From the NCBI GenBank assembly GCA_025963715.1, contig JAOQAG010000026.1, forward strand, positions 80,327 through 144,326: a stretch of 64,000 nucleotides of DNA, written 5' to 3'. Of this stretch, positions 18,999-28,336 are shown one piece after another. This DNA comes from Bacteroidota bacterium (GTDB taxonomy: Bacteria > Bacteroidota > Bacteroidia > 2-12-FULL-35-15). Under the pieces are notes generated by a model. That model saw nothing but the letters and a program-made list of their open reading frames with translations, had not been told where the DNA came from and did no database searches. Every line of letters starts with the position of its first letter. Position 1 is the first letter of the stretch. Position numbers and translations under genes: made by a program.

Positions 18999-19169
18999 AT
19001 GGACAATTTAAAATTAAAAGGTCTTGATGGTAAAAGAATCAATATACATGAACATTATGAAGTAATTTCATGGTGTCAGGCATTTGGTTGCACGCAGGAA
19101 GAACTGAAAAAAGCTGTGGCTGCAGTTGGTACTTCAGCAGAAAGCGTAAGAAAGCACCTTAAAAAATAA
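18999..19169 (+). CDS. DUF3606 family small protein (56 aa), not in the supplied ORF track
   Basis: MDNLKLKGLDGKRINIHEHYEVISWCQAFGCTQEELKKAVAAVGTSAESVRKHLKK matches the DUF3606 signature (...YEV..W...FGCT.EEL..AV.AVG.S...V...L). Preceded by GGAGG. A terminator follows. Confidence 0.65.
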   Translation: MDNLKLKGLDGKRINIHEHYEVISWCQAFGCTQEELKKAVAAVGTSAESVRKHLKK

Positions 19170-19175
19170 GTAAAT

Positions 19176-19207
19176 AAAAAGGCGAGAAATATTCTCGCCT
19201 TTTTATT
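19176..19207. terminator. Bidirectional Rho-independent terminator; serves the DUF3606 gene (+) and the OMP gene (-)
   Basis: A-run, then AGGCGAGAA-ata-TTCTCGCCT, then TTTTTAT. Confidence 0.75.
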
Positions 19208-19246
19208 TAAATTATGCATTCTACTAGTCAAATTACTTAGTGATTC

Positions 19247-19324
19247 ACACAGATTCGTAATTTCGTTCCTGTTCGTTATCCGTACAGCAAACTTTAAACT
19301 TTCCAACTTTGAACTTTGAACTCT
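19247..19324. repeat. Family D module directly abutting a family C AACTTT array
   Basis: cacacagattcgtaatttcgttcctgttcgttatccgtac followed by agcaaactttaaactttccaactttgaactttgaact. The same D+C juxtaposition occurs at 8259-8299/8550-8588 and 31810-31885. Confidence 0.7.
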
Positions 19325-19325
19325 T

Positions 19326-20021
19326 TTAAATCTTCACCGCCAACCCCGCTGCAAAAATATAAGGCCCGCCGTAACCAATTCCCACTTCGGCATTAAAGCC
19401 GATCATTCCATTAAAATAATAATTGAGACCAAAATGCGCCTGCAGGCTCACCGGTGATGGCGTTACATTCAGGCGTGAAGTATAAGTCGGATCATATTGG
19501 GTAGTGGTGGATGTCATTGTATAGTGATTATACCCGATTTTTATTCCTGTATACAAGCTGAGATTCTTTTTGGCAATGATATGATAATCGCCTTTTACTG
19601 CAAAATGGATGCGTTTCCAGGAGTCGGTGCTGGTTATAATATCCGACATTCCGGTATTATTGTTATACTGGTAAGCGCCTAAAATCATTTTTGCCGTTTG
19701 ATACCCGAACGCTACACCGGCAGAAAATTTATCTGACAGTCCGTAATCTACACCCAAATTAAACATAGGCGATTCTTTCGGTTGTATTGATTCGTAATTT
19801 TCGTTGCTCCAGACGCTGCTCAACTGGTACTTTAGCGCCAGGGCAGGCCCCATTAGGTTGAAACCTACACCACCGCTGAACATTATTTTTCCTTTTATTC
19901 CGTCATCACCGGAATCCGTTTTTTTAGTTTGTAAATTCAGATCGGTAAAATTTCCTGCGATCAGGTTAGAGCTTTGTGCGGCTAAAAATAATCCGATGGT
20001 AAGCAATGTGATTTTTTTCAT
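19326..20021 (-). CDS. Outer-membrane beta-barrel protein (OmpW/porin-like family), hypothetical
   Basis: Signal peptide. 231 aa. Alternating aromatic/hydrophobic beta-strand pattern. C-terminal ...AGLAVKI. Confidence 0.55.
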   Translation of the reverse strand: MKKITLLTIGLFLAAQSSNLIAGNFTDLNLQTKKTDSGDDGIKGKIMFSGGVGFNLMGPALALKYQLSSVWSNENYESIQPKESPMFNLGVDYGLSDKFSAGVAFGYQTAKMILGAYQYNNNTGMSDIITSTDSWKRIHFAVKGDYHIIAKKNLSLYTGIKIGYNHYTMTSTTTQYDPTYTSRLNVTPSPVSLQAHFGLNYYFNGMIGFNAEVGIGYGGPYIFAAGLAVKI

Positions 20022-20107
20022 GATTTTGTGGTTTGTGTTTTATAAAGATCAAAGATAAGAAAAAACATCTGAAATGCTTTTGCAGGTGCGGGTTTTAGAC
20101 TATTTAC

Positions 20108-20235
20108 CGCAGAGAGCGCAAAGAAGGCGCAAAGCACACAGAGGTTTTTTCACACACAGATGCGTACATTCGTACTTATTTGTAATTCGTAATCACACAG
20201 ATTAGTATATTCGTACCTATTGGTATTTAGTAGAT
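20108..20235. repeat. Composite repeat: inverted family F (cgcagagagcgcaaagaaggcgcaaag) plus family E (cacacagattagtatattcgtacctattggtatttagtagat) ending at the rlmF start codon
   Basis: Direct comparison with 5349-5400, 13935-13978 and 23508-23553. Confidence 0.6.
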
Positions 20236-21211
20236 GTCCCAGCAATCCAAACAAAACAATTCCGAAAAACAATCGCTTCATCCGCGCAACCGGCAGCGCG
20301 CACGTTACGATTTTGAGCAGCTGATAAAAAGCAGCCCGGAGCTGGCTGCATTTATTACTGAAAATAAATTCAATAATTTATCCATCGATTTTGCCGATCC
20401 GCTGGCAGTAAAAACACTGAACAAAGCATTATTAAAAACATTTTACGGGATCACCGATTGGGATATTCCGGCAAATTATTTATGTCCGCCCATTCCCGGT
20501 CGTGCCGATTACATCCATTACATGGCCGATCTGCTGGCATCCGGCAACAACGGCAGCATCCCGCAGGGGAAATCTATAAAAGTGCTGGATATTGGCGTAG
20601 GTGCCAACTGTGTGTACCCCATCATCGGCAATTATGAATACGGCTGGAGCTTTACCGGTTCCGATGCCGATCCTGTTGCCGTTAGCAATGCAACAAAAAT
20701 AATCCAGGCAAACCACCGGCTTGCTGAAGCAATAGAAATACGATTACAAACCAACGCAAATTTTATTTTTAAAAACATCATTCAAGCCAACGAAGTTTTT
20801 GACCTTACCATTTGTAACCCGCCATTTCATTCATCATTCGCGGAAGCGCAGGAAGGAACATCGCGCAAGCAACGCAACCTTGGGACAAAGAAAAACAATA
20901 AAACGGTATTAAATTTCGGTGGACAAAATGGCGAGCTCTGGTGCAAAGGCGGCGAAAAAGAATTTGTAAGCAATATGATCCGCGAAAGCGCAGAACTGCA
21001 AAAAAATTGTTGCTGGTTCTCGTCACTCGTTTCTAAAAGTGCAAACCTCCAAAGCATTTATTATGCACTCAAACAGGTAAACGCTGCGGATGTAAAAACC
21101 ATTAACATGGCGCAAGGCAGTAAGATCAGCCGGATCGTAGCCTGGACATTCTTAACAAAAACAGAACAGGAAGAATGGCGTTTGAAACGCTGGACAAATC
21201 CATTTGGATAA
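20234..21211 (+). CDS. rlmF: 23S rRNA (adenine1618-N6)-methyltransferase
   Basis: 325 aa. Collinear with E. coli RlmF/YbiN: LHPRNR..RYDF, ANPLAVKALNKALL, DIPANYLCPPIPGRADYIHYMADLL, LDIGVGANCVYPIIG, CNPPFH, NFGGQ..ELWC.GGE, QGSK.SRIVAWTF. Confidence 0.9.
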   Translation: MSQQSKQNNSEKQSLHPRNRQRARYDFEQLIKSSPELAAFITENKFNNLSIDFADPLAVKTLNKALLKTFYGITDWDIPANYLCPPIPGRADYIHYMADLLASGNNGSIPQGKSIKVLDIGVGANCVYPIIGNYEYGWSFTGSDADPVAVSNATKIIQANHRLAEAIEIRLQTNANFIFKNIIQANEVFDLTICNPPFHSSFAEAQEGTSRKQRNLGTKKNNKTVLNFGGQNGELWCKGGEKEFVSNMIRESAELQKNCCWFSSLVSKSANLQSIYYALKQVNAADVKTINMAQGSKISRIVAWTFLTKTEQEEWRLKRWTNPFG

Positions 21212-21262
21212 TTTCTAACAGAAATCCGGAACTTTCTTTTGTAAAGGAATCGCTTTTAAAAA

Positions 21263-21352
21263 ACGTCATTGCGGGGGCTTTTCGCCCGAAGCAATCTCAT
21301 TCCAGTTTTATGCGCTGATGTGAGATTGCTTCGCTAGCGCTCGCAATGACGT
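21263..21352. repeat. ~90-bp nested palindrome (cruciform-capable) between rlmF and the membrane-protein gene
   Basis: Outer arms acgtcattgcg / cgcaatgacgt. Inner arms cgaagcaatctca / tgagattgcttcg. Small hairpin cggg-ggcttttcg-cccg. Confidence 0.65.
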
Positions 21353-21407
21353 GCTAATTAAGCCACAAATTAGTAGAAATTTAAAATCCATTTCATTATA
21401 TTTGATT

Positions 21408-22049
21408 ATGGAAAAACAAATAAGTACTTCGGAAAAATTATTTTTATCCATCATTGTAGTCTTTGGATGGTTTGCACTGATCGCACAATTTTACCTCATT
21501 ATACTTAACAGAACAAGTTCTGTTCCCGAAACCATCGCTCGTTATTTTACGTTTTTTACCATCATCTCCAACTTGTTTGTTGCCCTGTGCAGCACGTATT
21601 TATTACTAAGTCCAACCTCACGCCGCGGGCTCTACTTTTCGAGGCAAAGCGTAATAACCGCCATCACCATTTATATTTTAGTGGTTGGCATTGTGTACAA
21701 TACTGTTTTGCGCAACCTTGTAGAACTGGAAGGATTGCAGCGGATCGTAGATGAATTGTTACACGCAGTTATTCCAACATTATTTGTGTTGTACTGGTTT
21801 ATGTTTGCTGCAAAAAATGAGCTGCAATGGAAAAATATTCTCATGTGGCTGATCTATCCGCTTGTTTATTTTATCGTGATCATTGTTCGCGGTCCATTTG
21901 CCGGTTATTACCCATATCCGTTTGTAAACGTTACCACGCTTGGTTATCCAACCGTGCTTATGAACAGTGCATTACTAACGCTTGCATTTGGCGTCATCTC
22001 GTTATTGTTTGTCGGGATAGGAAAAATGACCGCCAAAAAAACCGCCTGA
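21408..22049 (+). CDS. Integral membrane protein, hypothetical (~6 TM, possibly Pr6Pr/FAR-17a-like)
   Basis: Hydrophobic segments throughout. Start placed at ATG 21408 because the listed GTG at 21351 lies inside the palindrome. Confidence 0.5.
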   Translation: MEKQISTSEKLFLSIIVVFGWFALIAQFYLIILNRTSSVPETIARYFTFFTIISNLFVALCSTYLLLSPTSRRGLYFSRQSVITAITIYILVVGIVYNTVLRNLVELEGLQRIVDELLHAVIPTLFVLYWFMFAAKNELQWKNILMWLIYPLVYFIVIIVRGPFAGYYPYPFVNVTTLGYPTVLMNSALLTLAFGVISLLFVGIGKMTAKKTA

Positions 22050-22062
22050 TAATTTATTCTTT

Positions 22063-23124
22063 ATGACTATTCCTGAAGTTGCCAAACTCCGTTTGATCAA
22101 TCAGCAACTTGCTGCACCCACATTTACTGATCCCGCAAAGCTTGTTTCGTACCTGGGCGCCGTGCAGGCACAGGATTATGCAGGTTCAAAATGGGCGCTC
22201 GGGTTACGCTTAAAAAACAGCAGCGAGATTGCAATTGAAAAAGCCATCAACGATGGAAAAATTATCCGTACACACCTCTTGCGTCCTACCTGGCATTACG
22301 TTGCTGCCGCAGATATTAAATGGATGCTGCAGCTGAGCGCCCCGCGTGTAAATGCATTCAACAGATCCATGTACCGCAAGCACGGGCTGGATGATGCCAT
22401 CTTTAAAAAGACAAATAAAATTCTCATAAAAACATTACAGGGAAACAAACACTTAACACGAACAGAAATTGCAATTGCATTACAGGATGCTAAAATTGTA
22501 ACGGATGAATTACGCCTGATCCTGTTATTAATGCATGCCGAATTAGACGGTATTATTTGCAACGGCATCAAGCAGGAAAAACAATTTACCTACACGCTGC
22601 TGGACGAACGTGTACCCGGAAGCAATCTAATTAAAGGCGATGAAGCATTGGCCGAACTGGCAAAAAAATATTTTATCAGTCGCGGACCGGCAACAGTGCA
22701 GGATTTTATCTGGTGGTCGGGATTAAGTGTTGCCGATGCAAAAAAAGCGGTTGAGATCATTAAACCTGCATTGGTTTCCGAAATAATCGACAGCAAAATC
22801 TATTGGATGAAAAAAGGAATTTCCGTTGTAAACGAAAAATTGACTCGCCCGCAATTGCTTCCTGCATTTGACGAATACACGATCGCTTACAAAGACCGAA
22901 GCGCTGCACTTGATCCGAAACATGCAAAACAAACCGGCAACGGGATTTTTAGTCCACAATTAATTATCGATGGAAAGGTTTCCGGAACCTGGAAACGTAC
23001 ATTAAAAAAAGACAAAGTAAACGTAGAGATCAATCCGTTTATAAAATTAACTAAGGCTCAACAAATGGCGATTGACAAGGAGATTGAGCGTTATGCCGAT
23101 TTTTTAGGATTGACTGCTTTTTAA
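22063..23124 (+). CDS. Winged-helix DNA-binding protein of the YcaQ/AlkZ-like (DUF1006) family, a putative crosslink-repair DNA glycosylase
   Basis: 353 aa. N-terminal ...LRLINQQLAAPTFTDPAKLVSYLGAVQAQDYAGSKWALGLRL... is typical of the YcaQ family. Confidence 0.65.
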   Translation: MTIPEVAKLRLINQQLAAPTFTDPAKLVSYLGAVQAQDYAGSKWALGLRLKNSSEIAIEKAINDGKIIRTHLLRPTWHYVAAADIKWMLQLSAPRVNAFNRSMYRKHGLDDAIFKKTNKILIKTLQGNKHLTRTEIAIALQDAKIVTDELRLILLLMHAELDGIICNGIKQEKQFTYTLLDERVPGSNLIKGDEALAELAKKYFISRGPATVQDFIWWSGLSVADAKKAVEIIKPALVSEIIDSKIYWMKKGISVVNEKLTRPQLLPAFDEYTIAYKDRSAALDPKHAKQTGNGIFSPQLIIDGKVSGTWKRTLKKDKVNVEINPFIKLTKAQQMAIDKEIERYADFLGLTAF

Positions 23125-23126
23125 AA

Positions 23127-23273
23127 ACACACCCCTGGCCCCTCTCAAGAGGGGAATTGATCCTGCTTAATTTAGAAATTATAGTATTAAAGAAAATTAT
23201 CAAAATGATGATGTGTTTATCCTTTTGTGCAGGATGATTCCATTCCCCTCTTGAGAGGGGCCAGGGGTGTGTT
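23127..23273. repeat. MITE-like element: two inverted copies of the 40-bp family B repeat (…CAATTCCCCTCTTGAGAGGGGCCAGGGGTGTGT) flanking ~60 bp of AT-rich DNA
   Basis: Left arm acacacccctggcccctctcaagaggggaattgatcctgc. Right arm gcaggatgattccattcccctcttgagaggggccaggggtgtgtt. It starts 3 nt after the YcaQ-like stop codon. Confidence 0.7.
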
Positions 23274-23456
23274 CAGCATTTAGCAACACACAGATTCGTA
23301 ATATTCTTATTAATTAATAATTAGCAAATACACACAGCATATTACACCCAACTCTTTTGTGTTCTTTTGTTTCTTATGTGGTTGAATTTTTCTTTTTTTA
23401 CAGCGATTAATTTTCATTTTAAGCTTGTCGAAGAACATTCTGTTCATTATTATAAA

Positions 23457-23553
23457 ACACACCCCTGGCCCCTCTTGAGAGGGGAATTGACGCTGCTTAC
23501 ATTTTTAATTGATACACAGATTAGTATATTAGTAAAAAATAAGTATTTAGTAG
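23457..23553. repeat. Solo family B repeat (23457-23496) plus a family E module (23508-23553)
   Basis: acacacccctggcccctcttgagaggggaattgacgctgc, then gatacacagattagtatattagtaaaaaataagtatttagtagat. Confidence 0.65.
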
Positions 23554-23556
23554 ATG

Positions 23557-26500
23557 TTAGAAATATGCCCGCACCTGCGCGCCACCCACATGCACAATCT
23601 TCGTCCCTTCCGATTTACGCCCGTCATACGTAATGCTCAATTGTAAATTATTCGAAAGGTTCCGCTGATAAGCCGCGCCCCAGGTTATATTTTGCCCTAT
23701 CTTCAGGGCTTCCAGCATCTCAAATGCAAGCGATGTATTTTGCTCCCCGTTATATGTGATCTGGATAAAATCCGCTTTCAAATTCAAGCTTCCTTTGTTC
23801 AACACATTGTATTTTATCTCCGCACCGTAATCCTGCAACACCGCACGTTGTCCGCCAAACTCACCCGCATTTTTCTTATCCGTATACTTGAACGAAACCG
23901 TTGCACGGAAAGCGGTATTCGGCTGGTACGATACTTTTGGCTCTGCCGAATAATACAGGATCGAGTAATCGCGTGATGAAAAAAACTGCGAAGCACTTGC
24001 TTTTCTTCCCTGGATACAATCCACATTCAGACTCAGTTGCTGAATTACATTCCAGCGCAAACGCGCTTCCTTCGAAACATTCAAACGTGAATCGATCCCG
24101 TTTACCAGCAGCACTTTATTCCGCACATCCTGGTAGGTAAGGTCAAGCCCGAATACCGTTCCCGATTGGTTAATGAACAATGTATTCCTGAACGATGAAT
24201 TTAACGTTACCAGCGTACTGTCATTCGTTCCGCTCAAAAAAGGATTGTACGCTTTGGAAAGGTCACTGTCCGTGGATTTGCGGTCCACACGGTACGACGC
24301 CTGATCCGAAAAACGCGATACAAATTGTTTGAAGCCTTTCTTGTTCGACCACAATGCTGCGGGTTTCAGCATCACACTCTGACTGAATTGATTGGTATAC
24401 GTGCGGATGTAATCACTCGTAGGCGTGTATACTTTTATGTACGTTGCCTGATCCGGAAATGCAGAAATTTCAAATTCATTCAACTCTTTTACATCATTAT
24501 GATTATAATCGATCCAGGTGTAAACGCCCTGCCCCGGCGCCACTTCAATGTAGGAGAATTCTTTTTTTACTTCCAGTCCCGATCCTATTTCATAATATGA
24601 ATTGGAGTAAAGTAATCCTTTCCACACGCGAAAATTATATTCGATCCGCGCAACCAAACTGTTATCAGGCTTTTGCACCGTAAGCGCTGTGTCCACAATT
24701 TGTAACCGGCGATACGCCGCATTTACTTTCAATTGATTGTTCGGATTTTTAATCAGGTCGAAAAAACCACCATAGCTTTCTGCATACGCAGCTTTGTTTA
24801 ACCGGCTGAGTCCCGGTTTTACAGCATAATCCGTCCGTTGTTTGTAATTGATCCCGTAACGGTTTTTGGTCGTATCGGCATTCTGCGCATACGCTTCCCA
24901 TTCCCAAAACTGGTAACTGTTGGATAACAATGAATCACTTGATGCACTCTTGAATTTATTCTGTTCAAACTCATCGCGCAGCCCCACCGTGATCCATTTA
25001 ATGGTTTGCGAAACGCCGCTCTTGTGCCTGTAAAAATTAGTATTGGTGGTACTTTGCGAGTTCAGCAAACTTCCGTCGTACGATAGAATAAACCCTTTTT
25101 TATTCAACATTACCGTTGCATTGTGCTTGGTCGCATCGTAATTTTTTCCTTCTAAAAAAGCATTGAATTTATACGCCACCGTTCCCAATCCTTTTTTTGT
25201 CAATCCTACCGAAGCACCCACAATGTGCTGATCATCAACAATAGTGGTACTGCTGCGGTTCCAGTCGCGCTCAAACTCCACACTCCGGTAGCGCTCTATC
25301 GGCGAAAAATATTTTTGCGTGTACTCATAATTCACATTTGTGATCATCGTCAGCGGCCCGCTGGTGCTGTCTTTTCCTTTTACATAACGCAAAGGTTTCG
25401 CGTTATCAAAATTCAGTTTCAATGCATACCCCACATCATCATTGCTGTTCGCAGCCGAAAACGTATTAATATCATTATTGCTTGCCGCTCCTTCCACCGT
25501 TATTTTCGAATGTTTACTCAACGCATATTCCGCACCCACGGTCAGCATTTGCTTTTTCTTTGGCGCCACCAGCTGGATCACCGGTTCAAAATTTCCCCGC
25601 GGTAAATGCGTCACCGTATCCGGCACGATCCACTGAAAAACTTTCCCGTTCGCTGCCGATGTGATCTGTATATAATTTCCGTAACCCTGCCCCACATTGC
25701 TGTACGTTACCCGGTAATGCGCACTGTCCGCATTGGTGCTGTAAACATAAATATGCCTGAACACATGTGTGCCAACAGTTGTATCGGCCCTGCGGTACAG
25801 CACTTCACTGTTGGAAAACGGCACACTGTCCACACTTGGCGTCACCGCCAGCGAAAGCGTATCTCCAATGCGCGACAATAACCGTTTCTGATCATCCGTC
25901 AGTTCCTGCTGCAGCGGCTGGTTTTTACTATCCTGCTCGGAATACACATTCACATGCACTTTTAATTTCCCTTGTGTGTAATCATTCCCAAAATGCACCA
26001 GCGAGCGCGCATAATTTTTATCGGAATACTGAAATTCCACCACGATCCGCTTATCTTTTGTGATCTGCTGTTTAGCCGTAAATGTAATTTCCGATGTATT
26101 GTAATTGATCACATAATCATTCTCCTGCCCGCGCTCCATCAGCCTTCCGTCGATGTACACTTTTTCTGTTCCCGACAGCACAATGATGAACGGCTCGTTT
26201 TCAGCTCCCGTCAAGCGATACGGACCCTGGTTGCTCTCCACTCCCTGGATCTGGTTCCGCGCAAATTTTCCTCTCGAAACTGCTGCACTTAAAGATGTTG
26301 CATACAAGCCTTGTTTCTTCGGATCTTTCTCCTCCTTATTGGTTTTCACCATCGTGCTAAAGCTCAATCCCTGCGCTTTTTTATTAAAATTCATAAAATA
26401 ACTGTCCGGCCGGTTCAGCTGAAAATCGCCTGCAATAAGCTTTGTAGTAGAATTGGAAAGCTGGATAAATACTTTGTCAAACTCCTGCAAACGCTGCGTA

Positions 26501-27117
26501 TTTCCATCCGGTTGTACCGGGATGTTGTTATCGGTAGCCGCCATCAGGATGTCAATATTATTGCTCAAATGCCCCGACAGCTGTAAATTTAAATTTGAAT
26601 TTACTACCACATCCTGATTGTTCCCAAATGTAACCCCGCGCGAAATACTTCCCGTCTTGTTCAACCCGTCCATTTTAAAAATATCGTCGTTCTTTCCTTC
26701 AATATTGTAACTAAAAGGATTGGCTTTACCCGACAGGTCGGCCTTTACACGCTCAATGTCTTTGTGTTTTGTTTCCTCTGAAAATAAATACGGGAATGTT
26801 TGATAGGAAGTTTTTAAGCTATCGGCAACAATACCCTGTTGCTTCATTTTTGCACGGTCAAGTATTAATTGCCCTGTCACGTAATTGATCCGGTACAAGG
26901 CAGTATCCAGCTGTTCGCCATTGGTTGTTGTAAGTAAAAACGAGCCGGGAACCAAACTCAGCGTATCCAGCTGAACAGTATCCGATGTAAAATGCAGCGC
27001 TTTTGTATGAACATTCCCATTCCCCTGGGCAAAGCTCATCCCCGCCCGGGCAAACAAAAATACAAGTACAACGATAATGCTTTTAATTTTCACTTCAATA
27101 GATGCTAAAAAGGCCAA
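23557..27117 (-). CDS. Large (1186 aa) predicted outer-membrane beta-barrel protein of unknown family
   Basis: Signal peptide (…FARAGMSFAQ). Long run of beta-strand-like amphipathic segments. C-terminal …GGAQVRAYF ending in Phe, as OMP barrels do. Too short for SprA. No TonB box or POTRA recognised. Confidence 0.5.
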   Translation of the reverse strand: MAFLASIEVKIKSIIVVLVFLFARAGMSFAQGNGNVHTKALHFTSDTVQLDTLSLVPGSFLLTTTNGEQLDTALYRINYVTGQLILDRAKMKQQGIVADSLKTSYQTFPYLFSEETKHKDIERVKADLSGKANPFSYNIEGKNDDIFKMDGLNKTGSISRGVTFGNNQDVVVNSNLNLQLSGHLSNNIDILMAATDNNIPVQPDGNTQRLQEFDKVFIQLSNSTTKLIAGDFQLNRPDSYFMNFNKKAQGLSFSTMVKTNKEEKDPKKQGLYATSLSAAVSRGKFARNQIQGVESNQGPYRLTGAENEPFIIVLSGTEKVYIDGRLMERGQENDYVINYNTSEITFTAKQQITKDKRIVVEFQYSDKNYARSLVHFGNDYTQGKLKVHVNVYSEQDSKNQPLQQELTDDQKRLLSRIGDTLSLAVTPSVDSVPFSNSEVLYRRADTTVGTHVFRHIYVYSTNADSAHYRVTYSNVGQGYGNYIQITSAANGKVFQWIVPDTVTHLPRGNFEPVIQLVAPKKKQMLTVGAEYALSKHSKITVEGAASNNDINTFSAANSNDDVGYALKLNFDNAKPLRYVKGKDSTSGPLTMITNVNYEYTQKYFSPIERYRSVEFERDWNRSSTTIVDDQHIVGASVGLTKKGLGTVAYKFNAFLEGKNYDATKHNATVMLNKKGFILSYDGSLLNSQSTTNTNFYRHKSGVSQTIKWITVGLRDEFEQNKFKSASSDSLLSNSYQFWEWEAYAQNADTTKNRYGINYKQRTDYAVKPGLSRLNKAAYAESYGGFFDLIKNPNNQLKVNAAYRRLQIVDTALTVQKPDNSLVARIEYNFRVWKGLLYSNSYYEIGSGLEVKKEFSYIEVAPGQGVYTWIDYNHNDVKELNEFEISAFPDQATYIKVYTPTSDYIRTYTNQFSQSVMLKPAALWSNKKGFKQFVSRFSDQASYRVDRKSTDSDLSKAYNPFLSGTNDSTLVTLNSSFRNTLFINQSGTVFGLDLTYQDVRNKVLLVNGIDSRLNVSKEARLRWNVIQQLSLNVDCIQGRKASASQFFSSRDYSILYYSAEPKVSYQPNTAFRATVSFKYTDKKNAGEFGGQRAVLQDYGAEIKYNVLNKGSLNLKADFIQITYNGEQNTSLAFEMLEALKIGQNITWGAAYQRNLSNNLQLSITYDGRKSEGTKIVHVGGAQVRAYF

Positions 27118-27319
27118 CCCAATACAATTTAAAAGTACAAATAATGGTTATACAAAGCGTCCGCTAAATTCATCACCTCCACTCTTTCCTCTATCAGCGC
27201 TTCCGCGATGCTTGTCTTAAAAGGCGACACACAGCCTTGCGGAATTGCGCCTTTGCCAGGAAAAGCATACGGCTTGCGGGAAAATATACACAGAATATCA
27301 CACACAGCATTTAAAAAAC

Positions 27320-27365
27320 CTCTGCGAACACTGCGCCTTCTCCGCGCTCTTTGCGGTTAAACACA
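27320..27365. repeat. Family F repeat (ctctgcgaacactgcgccttctccgcgctctttgcggttaaacaca)
   Basis: Collinear with 5349-5400 and 30250-30300. Confidence 0.6.
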
Positions 27366-27427
27366 TGAAATTTAACAATCTCAAAAGCATTTTATACATT
27401 TGTTCAACCTGATATATACGCAAAAAC

Positions 27428-28195
27428 ATGACAAAAATTATAACCTACAACGTAAATGGCATTCGCTCCGCAATGAGCAAGGGATTATTGGACTGGATCA
27501 AAGCTGCAAACCCCGATGTACTTTGTTTCCAGGAGTTAAAAGCCGATCCTTCCCAGATAGATGTTACACTTTTTGAGCAAATGGGCTATCATCACTACTG
27601 GTATCCTGCACAAAAAAAGGGATACAGCGGCGTAGGCATCCTTACCAAACAAAAACCAACACACGTGGAATACGGCTGCGGAATGGATAAATATGATTTT
27701 GAAGGCCGTGTGATCCGCGCAGATTACGGCGATGTATCCGTCATGAGCGTGTATCACCCCAGTGGCAGCAGCGGAGAAGACCGCCAGGCATTTAAGATCC
27801 AGTGGCTATCTGATTTTCAGAAATACATCAACACATTAAAAAAAGAACGCACCAAGCTCATCATTTGCGGCGATTACAACATCTGTCACCAGCCCATAGA
27901 CATCCACAATCCCAAAAGCAACGCCAACAGCAGCGGCTTTTTACCGGAAGAACGCGAGTGGATCGACTCATTCTTAAAATCGGGCTTTGTCGACAGTTTC
28001 CGTCATTTTAACAAAGAACCGCACAATTACAGCTGGTGGAGCTTCCGGGCAGGTTCCAGGGGTAAAAATCTTGGTTGGCGCATCGATTACAACCTCGTAA
28101 GCAGCAACCTCGAATCAAAGATGAAACATGCGCTATTGCTGCCGGAGGCAAAGCATTCCGACCATTGCCCCGTTGTACTCGACATCGATTTATAA
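27428..28195 (+). CDS. xth: Exodeoxyribonuclease III (AP endonuclease)
   Basis: 255 aa. MTKIITYNVNGIRSA...DVLCFQELKA...WRIDY...SDHCPV motifs of the ExoIII/APE1 family. Confidence 0.9.
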   Translation: MTKIITYNVNGIRSAMSKGLLDWIKAANPDVLCFQELKADPSQIDVTLFEQMGYHHYWYPAQKKGYSGVGILTKQKPTHVEYGCGMDKYDFEGRVIRADYGDVSVMSVYHPSGSSGEDRQAFKIQWLSDFQKYINTLKKERTKLIICGDYNICHQPIDIHNPKSNANSSGFLPEEREWIDSFLKSGFVDSFRHFNKEPHNYSWWSFRAGSRGKNLGWRIDYNLVSSNLESKMKHALLLPEAKHSDHCPVVLDIDL

Positions 28196-28336
28196 CACCG
28201 CCCGCAACCTCAAACGAAAGATTATAAAAGAATTCAGCCTTTTTTAGCTTTAAAAAATAGCGCCCGATTCTGATACGAAATAAATTTTAATCTATATATT
28301 TGTGCCTCAATGAATTTTAACCATTACAAATTGAAT

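Noticed and set aside
23367-23633. 88-aa ORF, and a 31-codon ORF starting at the family E 'agtagATG'
   Set aside because: Both span repeat copies and overlap the 3' end of the convergent large OMP gene.
23557-27117. Considered calling this gene sprA (T9SS translocon)
   Set aside because: SprA proteins are ~2,400 aa. This one is 1,186 aa, and I cannot see SprA-specific motifs. It is left as an OMP of unknown family.
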